Under the pieces are notes generated by a model. It did not search any database, was not told where the DNA came from, and worked only from the letters and a program-made list of their open reading frames with translations. A program made the position numbers and the translations under genes. From contig JAUCBJ010002739.1 in the NCBI GenBank assembly GCA_032718475.1, positions 9,122 to 73,121 of the forward strand: a stretch of DNA of 64,000 nt. Direction: 5' to 3'. The DNA is from Nemertoderma westbladi (taxonomy: Eukaryota; Animalia; Xenacoelomorpha). Positions 52,496-64,000 of this stretch are shown one piece after another; the stretch's first letter is position 1; every line of letters starts with the position of its first letter.

Positions 52496-53948
52496 TAGGG
52501 ATCGACCGAATTATTCGGTTCGGTAGGCCTACCGAATTTTGCAGAATATGGCATATTCGTTACGGCCGAATTTTAAAATTTGAATTGCCGAATATTCGGC
52601 ACAAATTGCAAATTACTACGGTAGAAGCACCATCAGAACATAGGTAGCTGTAAGAAATTAAATATAATCAGCTAATGAATCTTATGTATTATGGTATTAT
52701 ACAGTTATAGGATATAAGACAGTTTGCAACTGCGGTTTGCCTTATTTCATATAATATGTAACATATGATTAGGCCTACTGTTAGGCGAAGTACCGAGTTC
52801 AAATCCCACTCGCTGACATACTTTTTTGTAATGATATTTTTAGCACTCAATCGGGACAAAATTGCAATTATCAGATTACATGATTAGGCCTATAGTGTAT
52901 AGGCTAACCTTAAATTTAGTATGCCTATAAAACAATATAGGCTGATAGGATTGTATTTTTTCCGGCGAAAAGGTAAATTAAAATATTTTTGTTTGTGAAT
53001 TTCTTAAATTTTAATACATGTGTTGAAAGAGCATCGGACGTAGAAAAAGTTTGCACGTAATTTGAGCGAATTCAATGCACACACTGAAAAGTTATTGCAA
53101 CTTAGAACTCAATATCCAATATTGGTTTAGGGGGCGGCCTATGTAGTTAAGCAGCTATCTAGTTTGGTAATAAATATATTCGAGAATACTAAATTATTTA
53201 ACATTGAGTAAGGCATCATCAGGAGTTGAAGCGTACAATAATTCATTCACAAGAATACTACAGTTCAATTTATTTTGTAACACTATATACCTAGGCATAT
53301 CACTCTATTTTTATTAAAGAATTGATCAACAAACTGACAAAAAAGTACCAATAATTTAAGAATAAAATTACGTATTACATGGGAAAAAACGTGTATAAAT
53401 TTTTTTTCAATATTCTCTAAACCCTTTATTAACCTCGGTGACGCTCGGTTAATAAAATCATGAAAATGCTTCGAGAATAGTGAAAAAAAAGTACTACTTT
53501 TTCTACTTGTCTACTTTTTTCCCATGTAATAAATAATAATTACATTCAACAGTTCAATACGGCTTTCGGTAATATTGGTAATTTGCATAGTGGACTGTCA
53601 CTCTGTCAGGTCTATCTATGTAATACAATAATAAAGGATTACGGAACAATGATAGATGGACCCACAAAAACCGTAGTTCATACAGTAGTACCAGTACCAT
53701 CAGACCATAGCCGATTTCCCCCCCCCCCCCCCCCCCCCCCTTTACAGCTTTTTGTAGGGGCCTACCGGTACATAAAAACTGAATTTTTTGACAAATTTTT
53801 TACATTTAAAATGAAAATTGAATTGTGACTTTGGTGGCACTTCAGTATCAAATCTTTCAATATTCGGTACCGAATTTGCCGAATAGCCTATTTTTTCAAA
53901 TTCGGTTCGGTTTCGGTTCGGCAAAATTTTAAATTCGGTCGATCCATA
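52496..53948. mobile_element. hAT-like MITE
   Basis: TAGGGATCGACCGAATT at the left end and AATTCGGTCGATCCATA at the right end, with subterminal CCGAA/TTCGG motifs and an imperfect TSD (ATTTATC vs ATTTATAC). A small 17-bp-TIR element is nested at ~53373-53531. Confidence 0.7.
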
Positions 53949-54539
53949 ATTTATACAAGACCTATATATTTTTTTCATTTTTATTTAATATGTTAAGCAG
54001 TTCATCCACAATGTAATCAATCAGTGCGGCTTACTGCAGTACTGGCAAAGGCCATGGTTGTTATGTTTTACGTATTAGTCAGTTTGTTGTTTTGTTTGAT
54101 TTTCAAAGTATTTTGACAAAATTTCGCATTCAATAACGGCACTGCATCCAACAAATAAATCATCAAATTTTAAGGATTTTTTACCATTTTTGTAGCGCTT
54201 GTATTTTTCATCATTGCATTGTTTTTGGCTACTTCTTCCGCCCTTTTTGTTTTTCCCCAATGGTTCCCACATAAGGGGGTATGTTAAAGAAAAAACCAAG
54301 CTAATTTATGTTTTAAAATGCCCACTTTGGGGTAGAACTGGTTTTTTACCTAATGTGGGCACTTTTTTAAATTTTAAAAAAATGTACAAAAAACTGAAAT
54401 TTAATAAATTGTTAAATACTTATTGTGAAGATTAGACGTTAGATATCAAACTTTCATTTAATTATACTTCGTGATTAGTAAACGACCGGTTAACCGGGCC
54501 GGGTTCAAACCCGGGCCAACTTTCGCCGTGAGGACCAGC

Positions 54540-54724
54540 CAGTGCATAATCTTGTACTTTGGCAGCCTCATGGAATGAAGAAGCATGGTGGACAGACCAT
54601 GACTTTCTTGAGACGGATCTTAAAGGACACTGGCCTTGAAGATGCGGATGATCTAGCAAATGTCAGGGGTGATAGGGTGTTGTGGCGGCGCAATTTTGTC
54701 GACAAGCCGGCACAGCATTCTTAA
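54540..54724 (+). mobile_element. Short 3' fragment of another RTE-like LINE
   Basis: LVLWQPHG, LKDTGL and DRVLWR resemble the C-terminus of the RTE ORF at 32124-32300. Confidence 0.55.
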
Positions 54725-55289
54725 AAATGCAGCATGCCGATCCTAGAAGCCGAATCTGAGGATGTCAAAATATGACATTCGCAACACCCCTAAACGAAAC
54801 TGTATAAATAATAAATATACATATAGATCCCTGATTGAGACGATATATTAATCGCAATAATTTTTATTGTCCGTTTAAATCCTTTTTTTGTCCTTTTTTT
54901 TTTATTTTTTATGTCCTCCAAAAGTCTAATGTTAGGTTCCATGCTACCGGTTTCTCTACTGCTGTTCTCTCAGGCTATCAGTACCGGTATTAGTATATAT
55001 AGCACTATTTTGCTGTATTGTATGTACAGATGTAGGTATAAAGCAGGTATTTCTGTATTTTAGTACCGGTACCGGCACCGGTACTGCTATAGGCCTACTG
55101 TGTAGCCTACCATTTAAATACGGTAATGGTAGGCCTACCGGTTGTGCTAATAAATTTTAAATAATTGATAGGCCAAACTGGATTGCAGGATTGTGGAAAA
55201 TGTGGATATACCTTTCACATAATTTAGGCCTATTACTGTATTAGTTTTATAATCAATAATGGATCATGACTACTGTCTGAGTAGTGTTA

Positions 55290-56200
55290 CGGATAACCTG
55301 CTCCTTTCCCTGATTTGGTAAAGTGACTGTTTATTGTTTTGGTTAGAAAATCCGGCCTTACCTGCTCCTTTCCCTCAATTAGTTAAGTGATCGTTTATTG
55401 TTTTGGTTAGAAAATCCCGCCTCTGTAACCTGCCCCTTTCCCTCAATTGGTAATGTTATCGTTTATTGTTTTGGTTAGAAAATCCCGCCTCTGTAACCTG
55501 CTCCTTTCTCTCAATTGGTAATGTTATCGTTTATTGTTTTGGTTAGAAAATCCCGTCTCTGTAACCTGCTCCTTTCCCTCAATTAGTCAAATGATCGTTT
55601 ATTGTTTTGGTTAGAAAATCCCGCCTCTGTAACCTGCCCCTTTCCCTCAATTAGCTAAATGATCGTTTATTGTTTTGGTTAGAAAATCCCGCCTCTGTAA
55701 CCTGCTCCTTTCCCTGAATTGGTAAAGTGATCGTTTATTGTTTTGGTTAGAAAGGCCCGCCTCTGTAACCTGCCCCTTTCCCTCAATTAGTTAAATGATC
55801 GTTTATTGTTTTGGTTAGAAAATCCCGCCTCTGTAACCTGCTCCTTTCCCTCAATTAGTTAAGTCACCGTTTATTGTTTTGGTTAGAAAATTCCGCCTCT
55901 GTAACCTGTCCCTTTCCCTCAATTAGTTAAATGATCGTTTATTGTTTTGGTTAGAAAATCCCGCCTCTGTAACCTGCTCCTTTCCCTCAATAAGTTAAGT
56001 GATCGATCGTTTATTGTTTTGGTTAGAAAATCCCGCCTCTGTAACCTGCTCCTTTCCCTCAATTAGTTAAGTGATCGTTTATTGTTTTGGTTAGAAAATC
56101 CCGTCTCTGTAACCTACTCCTTTCCCTGATTTGGTAAAGTGACTGTTTATTGTTTTGGTTAGAAAACTCGGCCTTAACCTGCTCCTTTCCATCAATTGGT
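55290..56200. repeat. 68-bp satellite, about 13 copies
   Basis: Unit GTTTATTGTTTTGGTTAGAAAATCCCGCCTCTGTAACCTGCTCCTTTCCCTCAATTAGTTAAGTGATC. Confidence 0.95.
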
Positions 56201-56804
56201 AATTGTTTTTGGCTATAAAATGAGTGTTTTGCTACGTCATGTGGTAATCGATTATCGACAACAACCACAAACTATTAAATATAGAGTCTTTTTACCACAG
56301 GCGCATATGGAAATCTATCTCATCGTCTATAAATCATGGAATCATGGAATGTTTTGGCACAGGCATAGTGAAATCAACTGTCTGACAGTCCAGAAATCAG
56401 CAGTCTGACAGTTTGAAGAAATACATACATAAAAAGTCATTAAAAGGACAATAAAAGTCATTAAAAGGACAACAAAAGTCATTATGCATAATTCGTAAAA
56501 AAAAAGGACAAAAAAAGTCTAATAAAAGGACATAAAAAATCACTGCCTATATTAATTAACCGATATGGGATTGCGTCACCACCACCCCCCCCCCCCCCCC
56601 CCCTGTTCAATTAGTATAGCTATAATAAATAAGAAAATGATAAGGTTTGATATAAGGCATTCTAGAAATAATTACCAATATATATAGCCCATTATTGATG
56701 CATTTTTACCTTCGTGTTTTTATTGAATAGTGTGAAATCGAGTTAACGCTAACAAAGCAGTGTTTCAACGCAATTACAATTAAATATAACATTTCTTTAT
56801 TTAG

Positions 56805-59800
56805 GGATGGCTCTCTGTGGCCACCAGTTCTAGCTGTGTGGGTGTCACCCACACCTCCATTGGTACGTCCACCGCACCAAGACGTCGATGTGCGCCCCAA
56901 CGCACAAACTTCAACCTCTGTAGCCATAGCAACCCGGTGTTGATCGCGCGTTGGAATCACGCGTTCCAGAAACTCGCTACGTGCGACTCGGTGGGCGTTA
57001 TATTCGTGTGGATCCAGTACGAGGGCCGATGGTGCATCGAGTTGGTTAACGACCGGAGGGTCCCGTTGCTCGACCTCTTGTGGAGCCATTCAGGTCGCTA
57101 CGCTCTTATTCTCTACTCGGATAACTTCGTTCTGGTCGGGAGCGTGCAGGGCCAGCGGCTGTGGGGCTACCACCCCGAGTTGCTTGACAACCAGAACCAC
57201 AACCTGCTCTGCGGTTGTTGGAGTCCCGACGATGGCAGCGTGCTTCTCGGCGTCTCCAACGGCAGCTGCGTCGTGCTCAACAACCGGGGCGACGTCGTCG
57301 CCGACATCGCTATGGGCACCCCCGCAATGCCGGTACGGACTCTCGTGTACAACGCCATCTACCGGCAGGACCACGCGGAATCCCCAGATGGGACAACCGA
57401 TCACGAACTCCTGTGGGAACGATCCTCCAACTCTCGTGGCTCGACCCACTCAGACGTTTTATTCTCGGTATCTTCCTGTAGCGGAGTTAGTCAACCCGCC
57501 GCGTCGGACGGTCGTATCTTACTGAGTTTCTATCGCGATTACGACGACCCCAACCCAAAGCAGACGCGTCTCACCGGCGTTGTCACCGCTGTCGGTTGGA
57601 GCGCCTGCGGTCGGACGCTCGCGTTGGCGCTGTCCGACTCCACGCTCTCGCTGTACAACGCGCGCGGCTGCCGTATCTTCTTGCTCCGGGTCCCCGAGCC
57701 GGTGACGGCGCTCGCGTGGGCCCACAACTCGCGGCGGATGTTCGCCGCTTCCGGGAGCCGTCTCCGCTGTCTCTGGGCCGAGCGACGCGTTCCCTCGCTG
57801 CAGACTCTCGCTCGCAACGCGGTCGCCGCGCGACTCGGCGTCGGTTGCCCCTCGGCGGCGGTCCACTCACTCGGACTACCCCGTGTGCTCGCCCATTTGG
57901 TCGCGCTCGCTTTCGAACCCTCGCTGCGTCCGTGTCTGTCCCCTCGTCTCGCCGTCTCCGAGTTCGTGTGTCTCCCGCCGCTCAACAAACAGCGGATTTA
58001 CTGCACTATACTCCGGGAGGGCTCAGACTACACGATGTACATCGAGTACCTCGGCTCGCTGTTCCCCATTCTGAAGGGTCGACGGGTCAGCACGCTCCAC
58101 CCGGACTTTATTATATACGAGGGCGGCACCCCGGTCGCCCCCGCAACCGACTACCCCCCGCCCCTCGCCAAGGTCCAGTCCAACATGTGGGGCACCAAGT
58201 TCCGTCTGCAGGGGATTCACACTTCCCTTCCGGATTTTCTCGGGACTGTCGTTTATAAAACTTCCGTTCTTCATCTCCAACCCCGGCAGATGAATATTAC
58301 GCTGCCGGAGTTGGCGCAACGCTGCCTCGGTTCGCAGCGGTGTACCGACGGTGTGGGTCGGTGTACCGATGGTGTGGGTCGGTGTACCGACGGTGTGGGT
58401 CGGTGTACCGACGGTGTGGGTCGGTGTACCGACGGTGTGGGTCGGTGTACCGATGGTGTGGGTCGGTGTACCGGCGGTGTGGGTCGGTGTACCGACGGTG
58501 TGGGTCGGTGTACCGACGGTGTGGGTCGGTGTACCGACGGTGTGGGTCGGTGTGCCGACGGTGTGGGTCGGTGTACCGACGGTGTGGGTCGGTGTACCGA
58601 CGGTGTGGGTCGGTGTACCGACGGTGTGGGTCGGTGTAACGATGGGGCGGCGGCTGGCAGCGACTGGGCCCGCGAGTGGGTTTGTCGTCGTCGCTCCCCC
58701 GCCGATCTCGCCGGCGGCTCTTTGGGGATGGCCGACTGCGGGATATGCGGACCACCGACGACGGCGTTCGAGGCCACCCCCGCGCCACGCCACCCAACGG
58801 TAGACGTCGACATCGATGTCGCCATCTCGCCCGAGAAACCCCATCTCTGTCCCATCGACTCATTCGCGACCACCTCCGATTATAAATGCCGTTGCCAATC
58901 CGGAACTCCTCCAACCTCCGCATCTCCCCGAGTCGTTATGGCAACGCTCACCACTGGAAGTGACGTCACCAAGTGCTCCCTGGATACGGTTCTCTCTTCG
59001 TCAACCGAGATATCCGAATGTCCCTCCCGCGACGATCAACAGCGCCGCCTGTCGACTCGCAGCGAATCATATCTGAACGCGATGGATGAACCCACTGGGC
59101 CGCCAAGGGGCGCTCTGAAGGCCAACAAAACCGGCTCGCAGAGCTCCAAACTCGGTTCGCGACTGGAGAACCTGTCGTTGCAGGAGTCCAGTCAGTTTAA
59201 TAACCTGTGCGACGCGCGACATATCCTGGGGTCTTCGGGGGCTTGCAGTTTGTCACAACGCGATATTGAGGTATCCGGGTTGACTGCCGATGGGAACACC
59301 TCGTCCCGTAGTTCGGAGTGCATCGTGTCTCCAGGCTGCGCCCCAGCGTCCGGGTGCGCCCCAGCGTCCGGGTGCGCCCCAGCGTCCGGGTGCACCCCAG
59401 CGTCCGGGTGCACCCCAGCTTCCGGGTGCACCCCAGCTTCCGGGTGCACCCCAGCTTCCGGGTGCACCCCAGCTTCCGGGTGCACCCCAGCTTCCGGGTC
59501 CACCCCAGCTTCCGGGTGCACCCCAGCTCCCGGGTCCACCCCAGGCCCCGGGTTCACCCCAGCGTCCGGGTGCATCCCCGCCCCCGGGTGCTCCCCACCC
59601 CTCGACGTGACCCCCCACGAACCCGCACCCCCTCGACCGGACGACCCGGCCTTCCAACCGACCCACACAACCCGTAAACCCCCCGGCCCGGCCACCAAGG
59701 ACTCCCAGCTGGCGGCCATCCCGGAGGCCTTCGACGTGGAGCCGGACGCCGTCAGTCTCAACCTCGATACGGTGGACCTCTCGGGGGAGGACGAGTTCCT

Positions 59801-60365
59801 CTCGGCCCCGGAGGATGGCGCTAGGTTCCGTAGGGGCGCCGCACGACGACTCAACTCGATGCGGAGTTCGCTAGTGCGGCGACTCAGCCAGCAGTATCAG
59901 AGTTTGTGGCAGCGCCCAGACAGCGGTGGCACCCCCAAGTCGCCGAAACGCGGATTCGGTTGTTCCAAGACGCAGACCCAAAGCATCGCAGACTCGTCGG
60001 AGAGCGAGGAGGATAAATCCAAATCGCTGCGGAAATCTCGGCGGAAGAAACGGAAACTTCCGTTCGCCGGGGCCGCCATCTGTCCCTCCGAACGCGAGTG
60101 GTTCGATACTCTCGGGCTGAAAATCCACCATTTTACGAACAAACAGCCGGTCTGGAACAACAACACCCAGGTGTATCAGTTGGACTTCGGGGGTCGTGTC
60201 ACCCAGGAGTCTGCCAAGAACTTCCAGATCGAACACAACAACCACCGGATAATGCAGTTCGGTCGGACCGAGAGGAGCTCCTATATTCTCGACTTTGAGC
60301 AACCGTTCTCTGCGCTACAGGCATTCGGTCTCGCTCTAGCTAATGTGACGCAGCGCTTAAAATAG
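56805..60365 (+). CDS. TULP4: Tubby-related protein 4, large second exon (WD40, SOCS box, Tubby C-terminus)
   Basis: tttag acceptor then GWLSVAT. Motifs PQRTNFNL and QKLATCD..VWIQYEGRWCIELVNDR, SOCS box VPSLQTLAR..LP, and C-terminal NKQPVWN..VYQLDFGGRVTQESAKNFQIE..ALANVTQRLK. Confidence 0.93.
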   Translation, partial: GWLSVATSSSCVGVTHTSIGTSTAPRRRCAPQRTNFNLCSHSNPVLIARWNHAFQKLATCDSVGVIFVWIQYEGRWCIELVNDRRVPLLDLLWSHSGRYALILYSDNFVLVGSVQGQRLWGYHPELLDNQNHNLLCGCWSPDDGSVLLGVSNGSCVVLNNRGDVVADIAMGTPAMPVRTLVYNAIYRQDHAESPDGTTDHELLWERSSNSRGSTHSDVLFSVSSCSGVSQPAASDGRILLSFYRDYDDPNPKQTRLTGVVTAVGWSACGRTLALALSDSTLSLYNARGCRIFLLRVPEPVTALAWAHNSRRMFAASGSRLRCLWAERRVPSLQTLARNAVAARLGVGCPSAAVHSLGLPRVLAHLVALAFEPSLRPCLSPRLAVSEFVCLPPLNKQRIYCTILREGSDYTMYIEYLGSLFPILKGRRVSTLHPDFIIYEGGTPVAPATDYPPPLAKVQSNMWGTKFRLQGIHTSLPDFLGTVVYKTSVLHLQPRQMNITLPELAQRCLGSQRCTDGVGRCTDGVGRCTDGVGRCTDGVGRCTDGVGRCTDGVGRCTGGVGRCTDGVGRCTDGVGRCTDGVGRCADGVGRCTDGVGRCTDGVGRCTDGVGRCNDGAAAGSDWAREWVCRRRSPADLAGGSLGMADCGICGPPTTAFEATPAPRHPTVDVDIDVAISPEKPHLCPIDSFATTSDYKCRCQSGTPPTSASPRVVMATLTTGSDVTKCSLDTVLSSSTEISECPSRDDQQRRLSTRSESYLNAMDEPTGPPRGALKANKTGSQSSKLGSRLENLSLQESSQFNNLCDARHILGSSGACSLSQRDIEVSGLTADGNTSSRSSECIVSPGCAPASGCAPASGCAPASGCTPASGCTPASGCTPASGCTPASGCTPASGCTPASGSTPASGCTPAPGSTPGPGFTPASGCIPAPGCSPPLDVTPHEPAPPRPDDPAFQPTHTTRKPPGPATKDSQLAAIPEAFDVEPDAVSLNLDTVDLSGEDEFLSAPEDGARFRRGAARRLNSMRSSLVRRLSQQYQSLWQRPDSGGTPKSPKRGFGCSKTQTQSIADSSESEEDKSKSLRKSRRKKRKLPFAGAAICPSEREWFDTLGLKIHHFTNKQPVWNNNTQVYQLDFGGRVTQESAKNFQIEHNNHRIMQFGRTERSSYILDFEQPFSALQAFGLALANVTQRLK
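58338..58646 (+). repeat. In-frame 21-bp coding repeat, (RCTDGVG)x14
   Basis: Tandem units of CGGTGTACCGACGGTGTGGGT inside the TULP4 ORF. Confidence 0.95.
59334..59597 (+). repeat. In-frame 18-bp coding repeat, (GC[T/A]PAS)x~14
   Basis: Tandem units of GGGTGCACCCCAGCTTCC inside the TULP4 ORF. Confidence 0.95.
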
Positions 60366-63300
60366 TTAATTATTTGTAATATATTATTTCGTTTTTTTTT
60401 GTATTTTGTCATAAGTATTTGTTATTTATTATAAGGACAGCCATCTCTACTTATATTATAGTTACAATTCACATAATTCCACAATAATTTATTTGGTATT
60501 TTCTTTGAACTTCCCTTAGCGTGTTTGTGATATATACTAAATCGCAGTTTACGTTTAAATTTGTTTTTCTGCCCGAACTTATTTAATCCAACTTCAAATT
60601 GGGCTGAGTAAGAAATACTAAAAATAAACCAAATGATTTGCTCCATAACTAACTTAACGGGGTTCGTGTTAGAATTTGCATAGAACCTCGGGGTTGTTAC
60701 CGAAGTTCAAAGGTATATGTTTTCGGAAACAATTAACGTGTTGTTGTAAGTAATTTCATTGAGATGGAGATATTGTATAGTTATAGGTTGATATTAACGG
60801 GCTTTGGTAGTAACAGTTTCAAGTTCCAAGACTCACTCGGTATCATATCCAACTCAAACCGTTAGTTTTGGAGAAGTTTATTATTTATTACATTGGCTTC
60901 ATTAATTATTTTTCCAATTTTTATCCGGGGACTCATTACAATATATAAATGAGGTTCGCATGCAATCAACCAGTTCGTCCTTGAGATCTCGATTAACAAT
61001 CAACACATTGTGAGATTCCAACTTATTTTCCGACCTTCTCCTGATTGGATGTTTCCGTGTTATTGAATTTGCGTTCGTGTAATTTCCCACGAGCTCTGTG
61101 TTATGTAGGCTAAGTGAATTTCATGTTTAATGTAATGCTGATTACATCCGGTGATTTCGTACCTGTGCCATTTTGTTACGTCACTGTAATGTCTATTGGG
61201 TTCATGAAACAGGCTTTGAAATTCTATTACTTTTAGCATTGTTAACCACCAATCGCTAAACAATGACGTAATTAGCTGAACTCTACCAAAACATTAAATA
61301 CAGTTATGGGGTGGAGTGACGGGGAATTCAATATTAAAGCGAAAATTATTGCCCCCGGGCTCGAACCGGGTACCTAGGTTTTAAAGGTGCGCTTCTCTTC
61401 GTCTGGGGTGAGGTGCCAGGGGGGGGGGGGGGGGGGGGGATTTATTCGCTTCCAATTTAATTGTTGGCATTTTATCAGTCACTCAAAGATCCAGTGCTCC
61501 GCCTATACTTAGGCAGATACAATACATACTCGATATTTTATACAGACAGACATTACAATCCCCTAATCCACTAACTACATAACCATTGTTTAGCGCCTCC
61601 GACAAACAGCTAAACGTTCGAAGCTTTTCCACACGTACAACGTACGTTACGTCAAACAAATTATAATTAAATCGGTCGCGTAGCAACTGATTTTAACCTC
61701 ATTATTAGCTCTGTCCGATGACATGTTAGTAATATACCACGAATTACTAAATTAATTAGTTCCTATAGTCTGTTTTGTAATTATACATATTTCATACTAG
61801 ATACACCATGCAATGTAAATATGATTTATTATATTTATATTTATTATTTATTGAGTTTATTGATTTTCTTGATGCCCATTCTAGCCGCATAGAAACAATA
61901 TAAAATAAATAAGAAATATTTGGGGTTTCATAGCAACATTTTTGTACTAATTAAGTATTTTGTTCATATAAGGCTCAAATTAATTCACCTACATGAGTTG
62001 TGAATAATATTTATGTAAAATATAATTACCGCTGATACCCGTACGTTATAACAATCAGATATTATAAATTGGGTGTGATAATCATTTGGTTGTAATATTT
62101 CCAATGTTTTTTTTTTGAAGCTTATTATTGTCTCTATTTCCTGTCAGCTTGTTTTCCTATCTGTTCTTATGTTGCTTGATGTTCTATAGGTGAGCTGAGC
62201 AGCAATATTTAATATTTCCTGCATATTTTACCAAGTTTCTAATTTATTTATCGGTCTGTGCTGTGCTTCCACTCACCATTTAAATAATGAGATAAAAAAA
62301 TGTATAGATTAAAAGCATAATAGTAAAATTGTTGTGCCATAATAGAGTAAATATTGTGATGTTAATATTTTAAGTAAATTGTTGGTAGTTTGAATTAATA
62401 AACATGCAATAATAATGTTTAAACGGGATCAGACTTTTCGGTATTTCCGGGATCGGGATTATCACTCACGGCCCACGGGATCCCGATTTTCGAGATCCGG
62501 ATTGCAATTTTGTATGAAGTTTTCAGTATATTGCTTTGTTAGTATAAAACGGGGTTTGAGCTAATTTATATCACATTTCGCACTGCTGAAATAATATTAA
62601 GATATTCAATAAATTAATTTTACTATTTATACTTTGGGATCGGGATCCCTTTTAAACAAATTAGGTACTCGGCAAAATGGCATTAAATTGATTGAGCAAA
62701 TTTTCTTTTAAATTATTGGAATTATAAAATGGCAAGCAACGACCAAGTTCAATTCAAGTTCAGGGGCGATAACGCATTTCAGTAGTTTGTATTTGTAATA
62801 AATACTCTTCCCAATACAGTGTCATTGTTAGTCACTTTCACGAATTCGATGTTGAACCACTATGGTAATTGAGAGAGTGTGGTGACTTGACTTCATGGAC
62901 CTCTCTAGTTAGAGTGAAATTGGTAAACTTTTCATCACTTTATGAGACGAAATAAAATATTTTGTATCTGGTTATATTTATCATGCGCCAAGATGTGTTT
63001 ATCAGATGTTGATGATAACTGATACTCAAAAATATATATTGACAGTTGGCTTATGAATGATGCAGGTAGTCGATTTGAATGCTTTATTCTCAATATATTG
63101 GCAATTTAGTGTTGAGTTGAACTATGCAGTCTATAACTCGGCCAGCTTGAGAACTGATCACGTTATTCTTATTTTGAAAGTTTCTTTAAGTACTGAGAAC
63201 TTTTTTAAGGTCTAGCACAATTCTCACAGTGGTTCAACAGTGAATTCCAATAAAAATTAAAAGTGACCAACCCAACTGCTAAACCTTGAACTTTCCTTTA

Positions 63301-64000
63301 GTTATATTTATTTGTATTATAATTTGAGACCATCGCGGTAAACTAATAAACCATTCACAATGAGGGGTAAATAATTTTATTCACATTAATTTCGTTACTC
63401 ATTTTATCTGTTAGATGATCTGTATCATAATCTAATCGAGTAAACGTTGTTTCATTTGCTACGCAAACATTTGAATTTCTTCATTTACTTCAAAAATTAA
63501 TTCAGTTTACGTTGTGCTTATACTTGTGTCAATGGCGTATTACATGTGGCATCCTCTGAGTCGTTTATTATGTTAAAGTAGTATTTATTTATAATCAATG
63601 TTATATTATTATTTCAGGGTTTTTATCTATAGGCATTGAGTTTATGGGAGCGTTTTCTCTCGTGACTTGCAGCTAAACCTAAAGTTTACTTATGGCCAAC
63701 AGAGGTTCAAAAAACGAAAAAGAATACATTTTCAGATTTACACAGACTACAAACATACAGATTACAAAGTTTCATTTCTATAAGATTCGAAGCATAAAAA
63801 CTGCACGAGACAGGGAGGGAAACTTGACGCAAATCTTATCTCGGCGGGTTAATATCTTGTCTCAATATTAAATTATAATTTCGGGGAAATGAACAGGTTA
63901 CATGCACGTTATTCTAACCAAAACAATAAACGAAATTCAATAGAACAGTTAACAGTTTTATTTTTGAGAGTAATCAGCTGTTATTTGCGTCGATTTTCCC

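Noticed and set aside
60422-64000. Short ORFs downstream of TULP4
   Set aside because: AT-rich sequence without coding-like composition; only small repeat remnants are visible, such as GGGATC motifs at ~62420-62650.

Overview
AT-rich genomic DNA from an invertebrate animal (spliceosomal GT-AG introns, GC-rich exons); the species cannot be determined from the sequence. Host genes: a complete 3-exon coatomer gamma gene (COPG, 25939-29635, about 876 aa), a 2-exon TULP4 gene (44072-44269 joined to 56805-60365 across a 12.5-kb intron, about 1252 aa) and an unidentified 138-aa ORF (35576-35992, minus strand). Most of the rest is mobile DNA: a defective BEL/Pao element in an apparent head-to-tail tandem, a related solo LTR, a Gypsy element nested in an older BEL integrase, two RTE LINE copies, CR1 and Gypsy fragments, several TIR elements and three satellites (28-30, 44 and 68 bp). 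The most unusual signals are the BEL tandem with mismatched LTRs and no tRNA primer site, repeated TA-(CAG/CCGG)-TA insertions that look like transposon excision footprints, a 3-kb long-TIR element with a 5-bp TSD, a 68-bp unit that is both satellite and dispersed, and Cys-containing repeat expansions in TULP4. All alignments were made by eye and no database search was run.
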